Positions 1 to 9,911 of a stretch of DNA of 64,000 bases are shown here, piece by piece. The translations under genes were made by a program, and so were the position numbers. Position 1 is the first letter of the stretch. The number at the start of each line of letters is the position of its first letter. Source of the stretch: an uncultured bacterium (GTDB lineage: Bacteria; Eisenbacteria; RBG-16-71-46; CAIMUX01; WJJG01); the NCBI GenBank assembly GCA_964506245.1, contig CAZDKK010000002.1, forward strand, positions 73,982-137,981. The letters run 5' to 3'. Under the pieces are notes generated by a model. That model worked only from the letters and a program-made list of their open reading frames with translations, made no database searches and was not told the DNA's origin.

Positions 1-1605
1 CGCCAGCAGGTACGTCGCGCGGCCCTGGCCGACCTCGTCGCGGGCGCGCCGGCAGATCGCCAGCGAGCGTTCGAAGTGCTCTTCGGCCTCGTCGAGGCGG
101 CCCAGCTCCGACGCCGAGATTCCCAGCGTCGTGTGCAAGTGCGCACGCAGCGCCGGTCGTTGGAGACCCTTGGCGCGCAGAGCGCGCTTGCACAGGGCGA
201 GCGCCTTCGCAAACTCGCCCCGTCTCATCTGGAAGCGCGCGATCAGGTTGAGGAGCTCCACGCGCTGCTCGCCCGGAGGACAGGATCTGAGCGCAGCCGC
301 GTAGGTCGCCCAGGCGGGTTCCCACTCACCCCGGATCTCGAGGAGTTGCGCGTGGAGACTCCGGGCACCCACCCGCTTGGCGAGGGCCTCCGCGGGGAGC
401 GTCTCGAAGGCCTGCTCGAGCACATGGTAGCGGCCGGCGGCCAGCAGCTCGGGGCCGCGCTGCTCGATCAGATCCAGCGTGGCCTCGGGGTCGCCGGCCC
501 GCGCATAGGTCGCGGCGGCCTCGGACCATGCGCCGCTGCCCGCCAAGGCATCGGCCGCCCGGCGCAGCAGGTCCCGATGCTCATCAGGATTCAGCGCTTG
601 AAGGAGCTGCTCCTGAAGGAACTGCCGGAAGAGGTCGTGAAGGCGGTACGCGTCTCTCCCTGGCCCGATCGTGTGCAGGAAGAGGTTGCGCCGATGGAGT
701 TCGGTCAGCATCCGCCGGCTGTCCTTGCGTCCGAGAAACTCGTCGCAGAGCTTTGCGTCCAGGTGCGACAGCACCGAGACATGGAGCAGGAAGTCACGCT
801 CGGCCGGCGCGAGACGAGCGATGACCTCCTCGGCGAAGTAGCCAAACCAGCCGGATCCGGTCGATCGCAGCTGGCCGAGGGCGATGTCAAGTGCATCAGG
901 CGTCTGACCGGCCGCGAGCTGTACCACCATCTCGATCCCGGCGGCCCATCCTTCGGTGCGGGACGTCACCCGCCGGACGAGTCGGCGGTCGATGGGGTGA
1001 CCTGAGAAGCGCGTCGCGAGGAAGCGCGCGACCTCCTCCTCGGTGAAGCAGAGCGCGCGGGTGTCCAGCGCAGCAGCCTCGCCGGCCGCGTGCAGCCTGG
1101 ACGTTCGCATGGGCGTCGGCTCGCGCGAGGAAAGCACGATCGTGTTGCCGGGCGGCAGGAAGCGGATGAGCTGTTCGAGCAGGCGCATCACCTCGTCGGA
1201 ACCGGCCACGCGCTGCAGATCGTCGAAGACGAACACGATCTTCTTCTTCTGGTCCTGCAGCGCGAGGAGGATATGCGACAGGATGCGCGTGCCCTCACCC
1301 GGGCTGCCGGTGATGCCCTCGGGGAGGGGATTGCGGCCGAGCCGTCGCCCGGCCTCGACCATGTGCGCGTGAAAGCAGGCGGGGTCCCGGTCGAGCTCGT
1401 CGAAGGTGTACCAGATGCAGCGCCGGCCGTCGCTGGCGATGCCGGCGGCGATGAGCGCCGTCTTGCCGTACCCGGCGCCGGCCGTGACCTCGATCAGCCG
1501 GCGGGACGACCACGATCGCCACAGGTCGTCCAATCTGGGACGGGGCACATAGGCACCCGTGAGCGCGGGGATGCTGAGCTTGGCTGGAATGATCGGTACG
1601 TTCAT
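1..1605 (-). CDS. MalT-like (LuxR-family type) STAND NTPase regulator, N-terminal NTPase + TPR-like helical region. 5'-complete at 1605; the C-terminus runs off the window start. Not in the supplied ORF track.
   Basis: Manual reverse-complement translation from ATG at 1605 gives MNVPIIPAKLSIPALTGAYVPRPRLDDLWRSWSSRRLIEVTAGAGYGKTALIAAGIA... This is a Walker A GxGKT P-loop preceded by the MalT-type 'KLxxP' N-terminus. A long helical/TPR-like region follows and stays open to position 1. The plus-strand ORFs 76..1005 and 1090..1686 are its antisense artefacts. Confidence 0.6.
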   Translation of the reverse strand, partial: MNVPIIPAKLSIPALTGAYVPRPRLDDLWRSWSSRRLIEVTAGAGYGKTALIAAGIASDGRRCIWYTFDELDRDPACFHAHMVEAGRRLGRNPLPEGITGSPGEGTRILSHILLALQDQKKKIVFVFDDLQRVAGSDEVMRLLEQLIRFLPPGNTIVLSSREPTPMRTSRLHAAGEAAALDTRALCFTEEEVARFLATRFSGHPIDRRLVRRVTSRTEGWAAGIEMVVQLAAGQTPDALDIALGQLRSTGSGWFGYFAEEVIARLAPAERDFLLHVSVLSHLDAKLCDEFLGRKDSRRMLTELHRRNLFLHTIGPGRDAYRLHDLFRQFLQEQLLQALNPDEHRDLLRRAADALAGSGAWSEAAATYARAGDPEATLDLIEQRGPELLAAGRYHVLEQAFETLPAEALAKRVGARSLHAQLLEIRGEWEPAWATYAAALRSCPPGEQRVELLNLIARFQMRRGEFAKALALCKRALRAKGLQRPALRAHLHTTLGISASELGRLDEAEEHFERSLAICRRARDEVGQGRATYLLA

Positions 1606-1977
1606 GCCCCGCGCGTCCCCGCAACCAGCAGAGTCCGGCACTTGACTCGGACGGGTCGGCGGTGCGGCCGCACCTACCGTGTGTAGGGGGATCTGGGAAT
1701 CCGTTCCATGCTCCCGCCAGCACGGCATGTTCCCGCGAGGGCGCCGGCCCTTGGATCAGAAGTATACCACGGGATATGTGTACAGCATCTGTCCTTGGAG
1801 GAGCCGCTCACGGCCCTGCGCCACCCCGGCCGACACCGTCGCCGCAACCCCATTGAAAACTACCGCTTGCGCTGACCAATCGAGGTCTTTGAGAATGCTC
1901 AACGCACCCGAGCGAGCTCAGAGACAACGAGGTAACCGCGTGAGGCCCGGGCAGCAGGCTGAGGAAGGGAGGCCGGG

Positions 1978-3723
1978 ATGACCTGTCGAACACGGGACGG
2001 CGCAACTCCAATGGAAAAGATGCTTTGGATGGTGACACTCTGCCTGGCGGGGTCGATCCTGGCGGCCGCATCGCTGGCGCAGGCGCAGGCGCCCCCGGCG
2101 GGCACGCAGGCAGCGCCCCCGGCGGCGGCGCCCGCGGATGACGGCGGGCTGGTCTTGAAGACCCTGCCCCTGCCGACCACGACGCCCGGCGATCTTGCCT
2201 GGGACGGCGAGGCCCTGTGGGTATCGGACTGGATCGAGGGCGTGCTCTACCGCTGCGACCCGGAGGACGGACGCGTGCTGAAGCGTCTGACCGCGCCCTG
2301 CTACCGCCCGCGCGGCCTGGCCTGGGCGGCCGATCGCCTATACATCGCCGATGACTTTGCCGGCCGCATCTATGTCTTCGATCCCGCGACCGAGGTGACG
2401 ATCACCGAGTACGCCACACCCAACGGGGGCGGGCTCGGTCTCGCCTGGGACGGTCAGGCGCTCTGGCTGGCCGACAACATGAAGACCGAGCTTCACCGCC
2501 TCATCCCGGGTGACGGCACCGTGCTCACCTACTTCTCCGCTCCCCAGGAGGAACCCGGCGGCCTCGCATTCGACGGCAGCTACCTGTGGGTCACGCAGCG
2601 CCAGCACGATCGGGTCTACATGGTCGCCCCGCGCACGGGTCAGGCGATCACGAGCTTCGTCTCCCCCGGACCCTACCCGTGCGGCCTCGCGCCCGCGCCC
2701 AACAACCGTCTCTGGCTGGCCGACCTCGCGGAGGGCGTCGTCCGCCTGTGCGCCCCGCGAGAAGCCCGCCCCTATCAGGTGCGCGATTGGCGCGAATCGG
2801 AGCTGCGCATGGCCTACCGTCTCGAGAACCACGGCCCCGGGCAGGTTGTGCAGGCGGTCGCCAACCTCGCGGTGCCCGAGCCGCAGTGCGAGAACATGGT
2901 GCTCCTGGGTCCGCTCGAGTACATCGGGGGCACGCCGCGCATCTGGCGCGACCGCTGGCACCAGGAGATCGCCACCTTCCAGTGCGACCAGCTCGCGCCG
3001 GGGCAGCGCTTCGAGGCTGGCTACCGGGCCAAGGCGCGCATCGGGGCCGTGAACTTCATCGTCATCCCCGAGAAGACGGGGAAGCTGGCCGACATCCCCG
3101 GTGACATCCGGCGGATGTATACGGAGGACGGAGAGCGCTACCAGGTTGCGTCGGAGCTCGTGCAATCGACCGCGAAGAAGATCGTGGGCGACGAACAGAA
3201 CCCGTACTGGATCGCCCGCAAGATCTTCGACTGGGTGATCGGCGCTCTCGAGTACGAGCGCGTCGGCGGATGGGACGTGCCCGAAACGCTGATCAAACGC
3301 GGGACGGGTTCGTGCTCGGAGTACGCGTTCCTCTACATCGCCCTCTGTCGCGCGGCGGGATTGCCGGCGCGGTACGAAGCCGGCTTCGCCGTGCGCGGCG
3401 ACGATGTGAGCATGGACGACGTGCACCACCGCTGGGCGGAGGTGTATCTACCGAACTACGGCTGGGTGCCGATCGACCCCAGCGGTGGCGATGGTCCCTC
3501 CCCCGGCGGCCAGGCCGATGCGATCGGCCGCTTGCAGAACCGCTACTTCGTGACGACCCACAGCGGCGGGGGATCCGAGGCCCTCGGGTGGGACTACAAC
3601 TATCACGCCACGCATTCGACCCGCGGGCGCTGCGCGGTGACCGAGGACGAGTGGGGACTCTGGCGTCGCGCCTCCGAGGAAGGTGCGACCGTGGAGCCGA
3701 GCCGGGCCGTGGTGAAGCCGTAG
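1978..3723 (+). CDS. Secreted transglutaminase-like cysteine protease-domain protein with N-terminal beta-propeller-like repeats
   Basis: N-terminal hydrophobic signal (LWMVTLCLAGSILAAASLAQA). Repeated 'LAWDG.ALW' motifs. Transglutaminase core Cys-His-Asp: GTGSCSEYAFLYIALCRAAGLPARY ... HRWAEVYLPNYGWVPIDPS. A GGAAGGGAGG Shine-Dalgarno sits before ATG 1978. Confidence 0.8.
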   Translation: MTCRTRDGATPMEKMLWMVTLCLAGSILAAASLAQAQAPPAGTQAAPPAAAPADDGGLVLKTLPLPTTTPGDLAWDGEALWVSDWIEGVLYRCDPEDGRVLKRLTAPCYRPRGLAWAADRLYIADDFAGRIYVFDPATEVTITEYATPNGGGLGLAWDGQALWLADNMKTELHRLIPGDGTVLTYFSAPQEEPGGLAFDGSYLWVTQRQHDRVYMVAPRTGQAITSFVSPGPYPCGLAPAPNNRLWLADLAEGVVRLCAPREARPYQVRDWRESELRMAYRLENHGPGQVVQAVANLAVPEPQCENMVLLGPLEYIGGTPRIWRDRWHQEIATFQCDQLAPGQRFEAGYRAKARIGAVNFIVIPEKTGKLADIPGDIRRMYTEDGERYQVASELVQSTAKKIVGDEQNPYWIARKIFDWVIGALEYERVGGWDVPETLIKRGTGSCSEYAFLYIALCRAAGLPARYEAGFAVRGDDVSMDDVHHRWAEVYLPNYGWVPIDPSGGDGPSPGGQADAIGRLQNRYFVTTHSGGGSEALGWDYNYHATHSTRGRCAVTEDEWGLWRRASEEGATVEPSRAVVKP

Positions 3724-3744
3724 GGCCAAGCAACGGAGGAGGCG

Positions 3745-4089
3745 ATGAAGATCGTCAGACTGACAGACGTGAAGCCCGCACCCGTGGAGATGGAAGGCGT
3801 GCGCGGTGCATACAAGCAGCTGCTGATCGGCCAGCGCGACGGAACGCCCACCATGTCGCTGCGCATCTTCACCCTCGAGCCGGGGGGATACACGCCCCAT
3901 CACGCGCACCCCTTCGAGCACATCAACTACGTGCTCGCAGGACGCGGCGAGATCCTGTCGGCCGAGGGGCCCCGGCCGCTGGCGGCGGGGGACTTCGTGC
4001 TGGTGCCGCCGGACGAGCGCCATCAGTTCCGGAACGCGGGGGACGGGCCGTTCGCGTTCGTCTGCCTCGTGCCCAGGGCGTACGAGTAG
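3745..4089 (+). CDS. Cupin-domain protein
   Basis: Two-His cupin motifs (GGYTPHHAHPFEHINYVLAGRG ... GDFVLVPPDERHQFRN). GGAGGAGG RBS 6 nt upstream of ATG. Confidence 0.85.
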   Translation: MKIVRLTDVKPAPVEMEGVRGAYKQLLIGQRDGTPTMSLRIFTLEPGGYTPHHAHPFEHINYVLAGRGEILSAEGPRPLAAGDFVLVPPDERHQFRNAGDGPFAFVCLVPRAYE

Positions 4090-4176
4090 ACCCGCCGGGA
4101 TTTTCGTCTGCCGGCTCTCCGCCGGGGACGCCATCAGCGAACGCCGGTTGGTCGTCGTGCGGTAGGCGCGCGGGGC

Positions 4177-6510
4177 TCATTGGCCTGCCCTCGGCAACGC
4201 CGGGCTTGCAGGCTCCGATTCCTCGACAGGATTCGAGGACCGCGCATCTGAACGTTCTTGGGCACGGGTCGCTTGCTGGCACCGTCGCTGGGCATTGACG
4301 TAGCGCGGGCCCCCGGGTGTATCTCCCCGCAGCTGGGCCGCGTGGGCATAGGCTTCCGCGGCATCGCACCACTTGCCCGCGGCAAACGCGAGGTCCCCAT
4401 CCAGCCTGACCATCACTGATCCGGGTCTCGCCCTCGCCCCGGCTGTCCGGAGTGCCTGGGCTTGGGGCAGCAGACCCAGACTCAGCAGGGCGCGCACCTG
4501 GCGGCCGTAGTCCTCGTCCGCCGCGGCCGGGCTCTGGGTCCCCAGTCGGGCCAATGTCTCCACAGCCCCCACCCACGCTCTGCATTTCGGGTGGCGTGGG
4601 AAGAGCTTCTGAAGAGCACCCACTGCCTGCCGGGCCCCCTGCGGGTCTCCGGACATCACCGCGACGCGGACGTCGGCGAGAAGGAGGTCGACGTCTTGAG
4701 CGCCGTCAGCAACCTGGGCATACGCGCGCGATGCCTCTCGATAGCGCCCCACCCCGACCAGCGCATCGCCATACAATCGCTGAGCATCCGGATCACCCGG
4801 GCGGAATGCGAAATGACGCTCCAGCCAAGTCACTGCCTCCCGAAACCGTCCGACCTCCACCAGCGCCTCCGCCAGACCGAGGGGAACGGCGGGGCTCTCC
4901 GGAATGCCCGCCAGCACGATCTCGTAATTGTCGATCACGGCCTGCCAGTTCTCGGCTCGGTGGGCAAAGAAGACCGCGGTGAAGTTCTGCTCGTATGCGA
5001 TGTGGTCGCGGGGACTGGCCAGTCCGTCCAGTTCCCCGATCCGGGGGAAGGAGGGCACTCCCGGCCGCTCTGCACCCCGCGAAGATGGCTGGAGATACCC
5101 CAGGCTCTCCAGAACCTCGCGCTCGTGTTCGTCTTCGGGACCCTGGAACGATGCTGGGTCAGGTTCCAGCACCTGCATTCGCGCCAGCAGTTCTTCATGC
5201 AGGCTATCTGCCAGAGCCGGCTGAATCGACGCAATGTTGTTCAACTCACCCGGATCGGTGCGCAGGTCGTACAACTCGCGTTCCGATCCGACGATGTACT
5301 TGTGCGTGGCCGTTCGCCAGCCGTACAGCGGGCTCCATCTGAAGAACAGGTACGGGGCCGCCGTCTCGCAGTAGAGGCCGGCCCGTCTCGCCGGGCGGCG
5401 GCCTTCCAGTTGAGACCTGAGGCTGATGCCGTCCGTTTCGACCGAGCCGTCGATTCCCAACATGTCCAGCACGGTCGCCAGGATGTCCACGCAACCAACG
5501 AGGGAAGGGTCGCGACGGCCGGACGTCTGCCCAGGCGTGTGCCACAGGAAGGGCACGCGATCGGCCTCCTCGTAGAGCAACAGCCCGTGATCCATGTAGC
5601 CGGCGCGATCGCCAAGGCCCTCGCCATGGTCCGCAACCAGGATGATGTGAGCGTTCTTGGCCACGCCGAGACGATCCAGAGCTGCCATCAAGCGCCCGAT
5701 CCCGTGATCCATGGCGCTGACCTCGGCGTCGTAGGGTTGGCCGAGCGTGGTGGATGCAAAAGGCTCCGCCGGCGTGTAGGGATCGTGGGGGTCGAAGTAG
5801 TGCACCCAGAGGAAGAGAGGTCCCGAGGGTCGCTGTTCCAGATAGGCAATCGCGCGGTCGGTCGTTTCGGCATCCGCGCGATCCGCGAAGAACTCGTCAT
5901 CGTAGTGCTGGAAACCGCGTGCGACGTCCGTCTGGTCCCGGAGCACTTGGCTGCCGACGAAGGCTGCGGTGTGGTAGCCCTGCGCACTGAGCATCTCTGC
6001 CAGCGTGGTTGGAGCGGATTCCCCTCCACGCCAGCCGTTGTTCCGCACCCCGTGCCCAAGGGGAGAGCGCCCGGTCATCATCGTCATGTGAGACGGCAGT
6101 GTGATCGGAACCGCTGAGATTGCGTTCTCGAACAGGGTGGCCTTCGCGCTGATGCTGTCCAACGCGGGCGTGGAGGCGAAGCTGCATCCGTAGCATCCCA
6201 GGCGATCGGCTCGCGTCGTGTCCATCGTGATGAGGATGACGTGGGCCGGGTCCTTGGACAGACCACACCCGGAGACGATCGCCAGCAGGAGCAGCAGGAC
6301 CACCCCAGGCTTGAGAGAACGCCCGGCTCGGGACCGCACGCCAGGGCTGGCACCCGTTGGCGTCGCCCCGACGCCAGGCAGTCCACCGCGGCCCGCGCGG
6401 AGGCGCGAGCCCAGTGCGGCCATGTTGTCCACCGACATGACTTGCGCTCCCATGGCTAAGCTGGCTATCCGGCGCTGGTTGGAGCGCCGCAAGGGGATCC
6501 TGGCGAGCAT
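4177..6510 (-). CDS. Lipoprotein: alkaline-phosphatase-superfamily sulfatase-like hydrolase/transferase fused to C-terminal TPR repeats. The start may be the internal ATG at ~6423.
   Basis: LLLLLAIVSGCG lipobox. Sulfatase-family N-terminus (ILITMDTTRADRLGCYG..., DPHDPY, VADHGEGLGD). No canonical C-x-P-x-R fGly motif was seen. The C-terminal ~300 aa are TPR-like. Confidence 0.75.
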   Translation of the reverse strand: MLARIPLRRSNQRRIASLAMGAQVMSVDNMAALGSRLRAGRGGLPGVGATPTGASPGVRSRAGRSLKPGVVLLLLLAIVSGCGLSKDPAHVILITMDTTRADRLGCYGCSFASTPALDSISAKATLFENAISAVPITLPSHMTMMTGRSPLGHGVRNNGWRGGESAPTTLAEMLSAQGYHTAAFVGSQVLRDQTDVARGFQHYDDEFFADRADAETTDRAIAYLEQRPSGPLFLWVHYFDPHDPYTPAEPFASTTLGQPYDAEVSAMDHGIGRLMAALDRLGVAKNAHIILVADHGEGLGDRAGYMDHGLLLYEEADRVPFLWHTPGQTSGRRDPSLVGCVDILATVLDMLGIDGSVETDGISLRSQLEGRRPARRAGLYCETAAPYLFFRWSPLYGWRTATHKYIVGSERELYDLRTDPGELNNIASIQPALADSLHEELLARMQVLEPDPASFQGPEDEHEREVLESLGYLQPSSRGAERPGVPSFPRIGELDGLASPRDHIAYEQNFTAVFFAHRAENWQAVIDNYEIVLAGIPESPAVPLGLAEALVEVGRFREAVTWLERHFAFRPGDPDAQRLYGDALVGVGRYREASRAYAQVADGAQDVDLLLADVRVAVMSGDPQGARQAVGALQKLFPRHPKCRAWVGAVETLARLGTQSPAAADEDYGRQVRALLSLGLLPQAQALRTAGARARPGSVMVRLDGDLAFAAGKWCDAAEAYAHAAQLRGDTPGGPRYVNAQRRCQQATRAQERSDARSSNPVEESEPASPALPRAGQ

Positions 6511-6584
6511 GGGCTCACCACGCGGGACGCGGAGCTGGGGTTCCTCGGCAGCTATGACATGATTATACCACGTCGGGCCCCGGG

Positions 6585-8060
6585 CTAGGAAACGGCCTCC
6601 AAGTCCGCATCACGGCAGGCGCGCTTCTCCGGGCAGGCAGCCCCCGGAGCGCGGTCGGCCAGCGAGATGCCGTTCCAGCAGTACGTGCAGAGCTTCTCAC
6701 GAGGCAGACCGATCGCCGCCACCATGTCCTCGAGGGTCTGGTATTTCAGCGAGGAGAGACCGAGCCGCGCGCGGATCTTCTCGATCATCTCTTGGCACCT
6801 CGCGCTGCATGGGTCGGCGTATTCGGCCAGATGATTCGGCGAGTCGCCCTCGAGCTCCCGGATGGCTTTGCGACCGGCCAGATCGAGCTCCGAGCGGGAG
6901 CGTGAGAAGTTGAGGAACTTGCAGCTGTGGACCAGGGGCGGGCAGGCGGGCCGCATGTGGACCTCGCGGGCGCCGGTGTCGAAGAGGCGCTGGATGACGT
7001 CCCGGAGCTGCGTGCCGCGCACAATGGAATCCTCGCAGAAGAGGAGCCGCTGGCCCGCGATCTGCTCCCGGATGGGGATGAGCTTCATCTGGGCCACGAG
7101 ATCCCGCACGCGCTGCTCCTGCGGCATGAAGCTGCGCGACCAGGTCGGGTTGTACTTGACGAAAGGGCGCCCGTACTGGATGTGCGCCTGCGAGGCGTAG
7201 CCGATGGCGTGCCCGACCCCGGAGTCGGGCACCCCCGCCACGATGTCGATCTGCACGTTGTCGGCGCGGGCCAGTGCGGCGCCGCAGCGGTAGCGGGCCA
7301 CCTCCACGTTGATCCCCTCGTAGCTCGACGCCGGGAACCCGTAGTAGATCCAGAGAAACGCGCAGATCTGTAGCTGGCTCCCCGGGGGGGAGAGCTGCTC
7401 CAGGCCGTCCGGGGTGAGGCGGACGATCTCACCCGGGCCGAGATCGTGGTCGATCGCGTAGCCGAGATTCGGGAAGGCGCAGGTCTCGAAGGTGGCCGCG
7501 ATGGCCCCGTCCTTGCGCCCGATCACGATCGGGGTCCGGCCCAGCCTGTCTCGCGAGGCGTAGATTCCGTGGTCGGTGAGGAGCATGACCGAGCAGGACC
7601 CTTCCACCTTCGCGTGTACGTGGCGCAACCCATCCTCCAGGCTCTCCTGCTGGTTGATGAGGCTGGCCACTACCTCCGTCTGGTTGAACTCGTTCCCCTT
7701 CATCTCGCTGAAGTGCACCGGCTGCTTGCGCAGGATCTCCTCGGCCAGGGCCCGGAGATTGTCGATCCGCCCCACGGTCACGATGGCGTAGCGGCCGTGG
7801 TGCGAGCCGATGAGCATCGGCTGGTCCTCGTAGTCGCTGATCACGCCGAGGCCCATGTTGCCGATGTGCTTGTGCAGGTCTGGCTCGAACTTCGTGCGGA
7901 AGGGGGTGTTGCCGATGTCGTGGATGTTGCGCTTGAAGCCCTGCTTGCCCCGCACCACCATGCCGCCGCGCGCGGTGCCCAGGTGCGAGTGGTAGTCGGT
8001 CCCGTAGAAGAGGTCCGCGACGCAATCGTACTTGCTGGCCACGCCGAAGAAACCGCCCAC
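6585..8060 (-). CDS. Amidophosphoribosyltransferase (PurF)-like protein: class-II glutamine amidotransferase-like domain + PRTase domain + Bacillus-type C-terminal Cys cluster. The N-terminal nucleophile Cys is absent.
   Basis: PRPP-binding motif VPDSGVGHAIGYA. C-terminal C-x2-C (LCTYCWNG...CPEKRAC). The N-terminus reads V(GTG)GGFFGV where PurF has CG(I/V)(F/V)G. No Cys or alternative start in frame upstream before the stop at 8142-8144. Confidence 0.75.
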   Translation of the reverse strand: MGGFFGVASKYDCVADLFYGTDYHSHLGTARGGMVVRGKQGFKRNIHDIGNTPFRTKFEPDLHKHIGNMGLGVISDYEDQPMLIGSHHGRYAIVTVGRIDNLRALAEEILRKQPVHFSEMKGNEFNQTEVVASLINQQESLEDGLRHVHAKVEGSCSVMLLTDHGIYASRDRLGRTPIVIGRKDGAIAATFETCAFPNLGYAIDHDLGPGEIVRLTPDGLEQLSPPGSQLQICAFLWIYYGFPASSYEGINVEVARYRCGAALARADNVQIDIVAGVPDSGVGHAIGYASQAHIQYGRPFVKYNPTWSRSFMPQEQRVRDLVAQMKLIPIREQIAGQRLLFCEDSIVRGTQLRDVIQRLFDTGAREVHMRPACPPLVHSCKFLNFSRSRSELDLAGRKAIRELEGDSPNHLAEYADPCSARCQEMIEKIRARLGLSSLKYQTLEDMVAAIGLPREKLCTYCWNGISLADRAPGAACPEKRACRDADLEAVS

Positions 8061-8224
8061 GCTGCTGTCCTCCCACCCGATCCCGGGTGATTGCGGAGAT
8101 CGCCTGCTGCCGGACCCCTCATCGAGGAGATAGAGCAGGGATCATAGGTCCGATCGGGCGGGTGCCGTCAAGCTCGGATCGGGGTGGCCTTGCGGCGGCC
8201 CTCCAGCCCGCGATGGAGGCGCTG

Positions 8225-8794
8225 TCATCCCAGAATGATGTCGGCGAGCCGCCGCTTGGGCACGTGGTGCACGCCCGCCGGGTCGCGCCAGTAGCGGATG
8301 TCCTCTTGCGGCCCCACCTCTTCGAGGACCACCGTTTCCAGGGGAGCCCCGAGCGCGATCACGAGCAGGATCTCGTAGGCATCAGGGATCGCCAGCGCCT
8401 GCCGGAGACCGTCGCGCGCGATCGAGCCGATCATGCAGCCGCCCAGTCCCCGTTCGGTGGCGCCCAGGAGGATGGTCTGAGCCGCGATGCCGTGGTCGCA
8501 GCCGACGTTCGGGCGGATGCGCGTGTCGCCCAGGATGATGACATACGCGGCCGGGCGCTCGCCCTCGGGCGGACCCGGCCAGTCCTTGAGGTAGCCCGCC
8601 CAAGCGAGATGGGGAAAGATGCGAGCGTTGCGTTCGCGCTCGGCCGAGAGCAGATACCGGAGCGGCTGGAGATTGGCGCCCGACGCCGAGCAGCGAGCCA
8701 GATCGACGAGCTCGCGCAGGGTCCCCAGCGCGATCGGGACGTCTTCCCGGAACCGGCGATAGCTGCGGTTGCGCAGGACGAGATCGCGGAGCAT
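8225..8794 (-). CDS. Nitroreductase-family protein
   Basis: Typical nitroreductase fold signature (RRSYRRF..., GLGGCMIGSI, LLVIALG); 189 aa. Confidence 0.85.
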   Translation of the reverse strand: MLRDLVLRNRSYRRFREDVPIALGTLRELVDLARCSASGANLQPLRYLLSAERERNARIFPHLAWAGYLKDWPGPPEGERPAAYVIILGDTRIRPNVGCDHGIAAQTILLGATERGLGGCMIGSIARDGLRQALAIPDAYEILLVIALGAPLETVVLEEVGPQEDIRYWRDPAGVHHVPKRRLADIILG

Positions 8795-8894
8795 CCCACT
8801 GGCCTCCTTCTGCGAAGACGGACCTCCGGCGCGTCAGGGCCGCGCGGTCAGCCCAGCACACTCCTCCGGCTCGCTCGCCACGGCATGCTGCGGA

Positions 8895-9911
8895 CTATCT
8901 CCGGAAGATCCCTTTGATCTCACCCCACGTGCTGCGCTGCACCGTCGTACCTCCGCACCCCACCGGCCAGGCGCCGATCAGGTCGCATTCCGGGTTGGGC
9001 GGCGTGAACGGCGCGCACGGTGAGGTGCACTGCAGTGCCAGGTCGCCCGCTGCCAGGTCGCAGAACTGGGGGTCCGCGGAGATGTTGCCCTCCACACCGT
9101 ACTGGTCCGCAATGCAGCCAATCCAGTCGCCCAGTTGGTTGCCGAAGATGTCGCAGCATGTCAGCGTCGCGTGCACGTCCGTCGTGTAGCAGTCGACAGC
9201 CTGATAGCCGAAGGCGAAGATGCAGTTGTCCATCCACGCGGTTGTACCCCAGCCGAAGACTACCACGTTCCCCAGAGTCGGGGATCCCGCGAACGTCGTA
9301 TGGTCCATTCGGAGTACACCCCCTGAGCAGAAGATCGCGTCAAGGGAGTTGTTGCGAAACGTGCAGTACCTAGCGGTACCATCGCAGTCCCAGAATGATA
9401 TGCCCCCAACTGAACTCATCCAACCGCTGTTCCCTTCGAAGAGGCAGTATTCAAACACTGGCGAAGACTCCCAGCAGGTAACCCCGCCCGCCAGTTCCTC
9501 GAAGTAGCTACGATTGTCCCGTATGACGCAGTTACGGATCGTTGGGGCGGCATGCTCGGAGCACATCAGGGCCGAGAAGGTCGTGGTCCCGGTGAACGTA
9601 AAGCCCTCGACGACTGTGGTCTCATACACCCCGTTGCAGACGAACACGCGCGTTCCACCTGCCGGGGATAGCACAACGCACTCCGGCTGACCTGTCTCAC
9701 TGCGCAGGACGACACCCGATTTCATGAAGATATCTGGAAAATACGTGTGGCTCCCACACGCAACCTCCACCGTGTCCCCTGCCACAGCAGCATTCAGACC
9801 CGCTTGGATCGTGGGGTACGCGCTGGGTACATGCAGGGTCGTCGCTGCCGCCGGACAGGCAGCGGCAACAAGAATCGCACTGCCGATGATCATCTGCCTG
9901 GAATTGCACAT
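8895..9911 (-). CDS. Secreted right-handed beta-helix (pectate-lyase/NosD-like) protein with short conserved C-terminal tail STWGEIKGIFRR
   Basis: Signal peptide MCNSRQMIIGSAILVAAACPAAA (start chosen at ATG 9911 with AAGGGGA RBS). Repeated C/G/N-rich beta-helix rungs. C-terminus ...ADPQFCD...GCGGTTVQRSTWGEIKGIFRR*. Paralog at 53621..54811. Confidence 0.7.
   Translation of the reverse strand: MCNSRQMIIGSAILVAAACPAAATTLHVPSAYPTIQAGLNAAVAGDTVEVACGSHTYFPDIFMKSGVVLRSETGQPECVVLSPAGGTRVFVCNGVYETTVVEGFTFTGTTTFSALMCSEHAAPTIRNCVIRDNRSYFEELAGGVTCWESSPVFEYCLFEGNSGWMSSVGGISFWDCDGTARYCTFRNNSLDAIFCSGGVLRMDHTTFAGSPTLGNVVVFGWGTTAWMDNCIFAFGYQAVDCYTTDVHATLTCCDIFGNQLGDWIGCIADQYGVEGNISADPQFCDLAAGDLALQCTSPCAPFTPPNPECDLIGAWPVGCGGTTVQRSTWGEIKGIFRR

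Noticed and set aside
76-1686. Plus-strand ORFs 76..1005 (309 aa) and 1090..1686 (198 aa) from the track
   Set aside because: They are antisense to the clearly real MalT-like gene (Walker A, coherent 530+ aa translation on the minus strand). Their low-complexity R/G/A-rich composition is typical of high-GC frame artefacts.
4462-6117. Long plus-strand ORF (551 aa) opposite the sulfatase gene, and similar long antisense ORFs (7446..8090, 14076..15491, 17048..20713, 20890..21786, 22994..23902, 24992..26440, 52754..54829, 57024..58103 and others)
   Set aside because: They overlap well-supported genes on the opposite strand, have Arg/Ala/Gly/Pro-dominated translations without motifs, and arise from low stop-codon frequency at ~70% GC.
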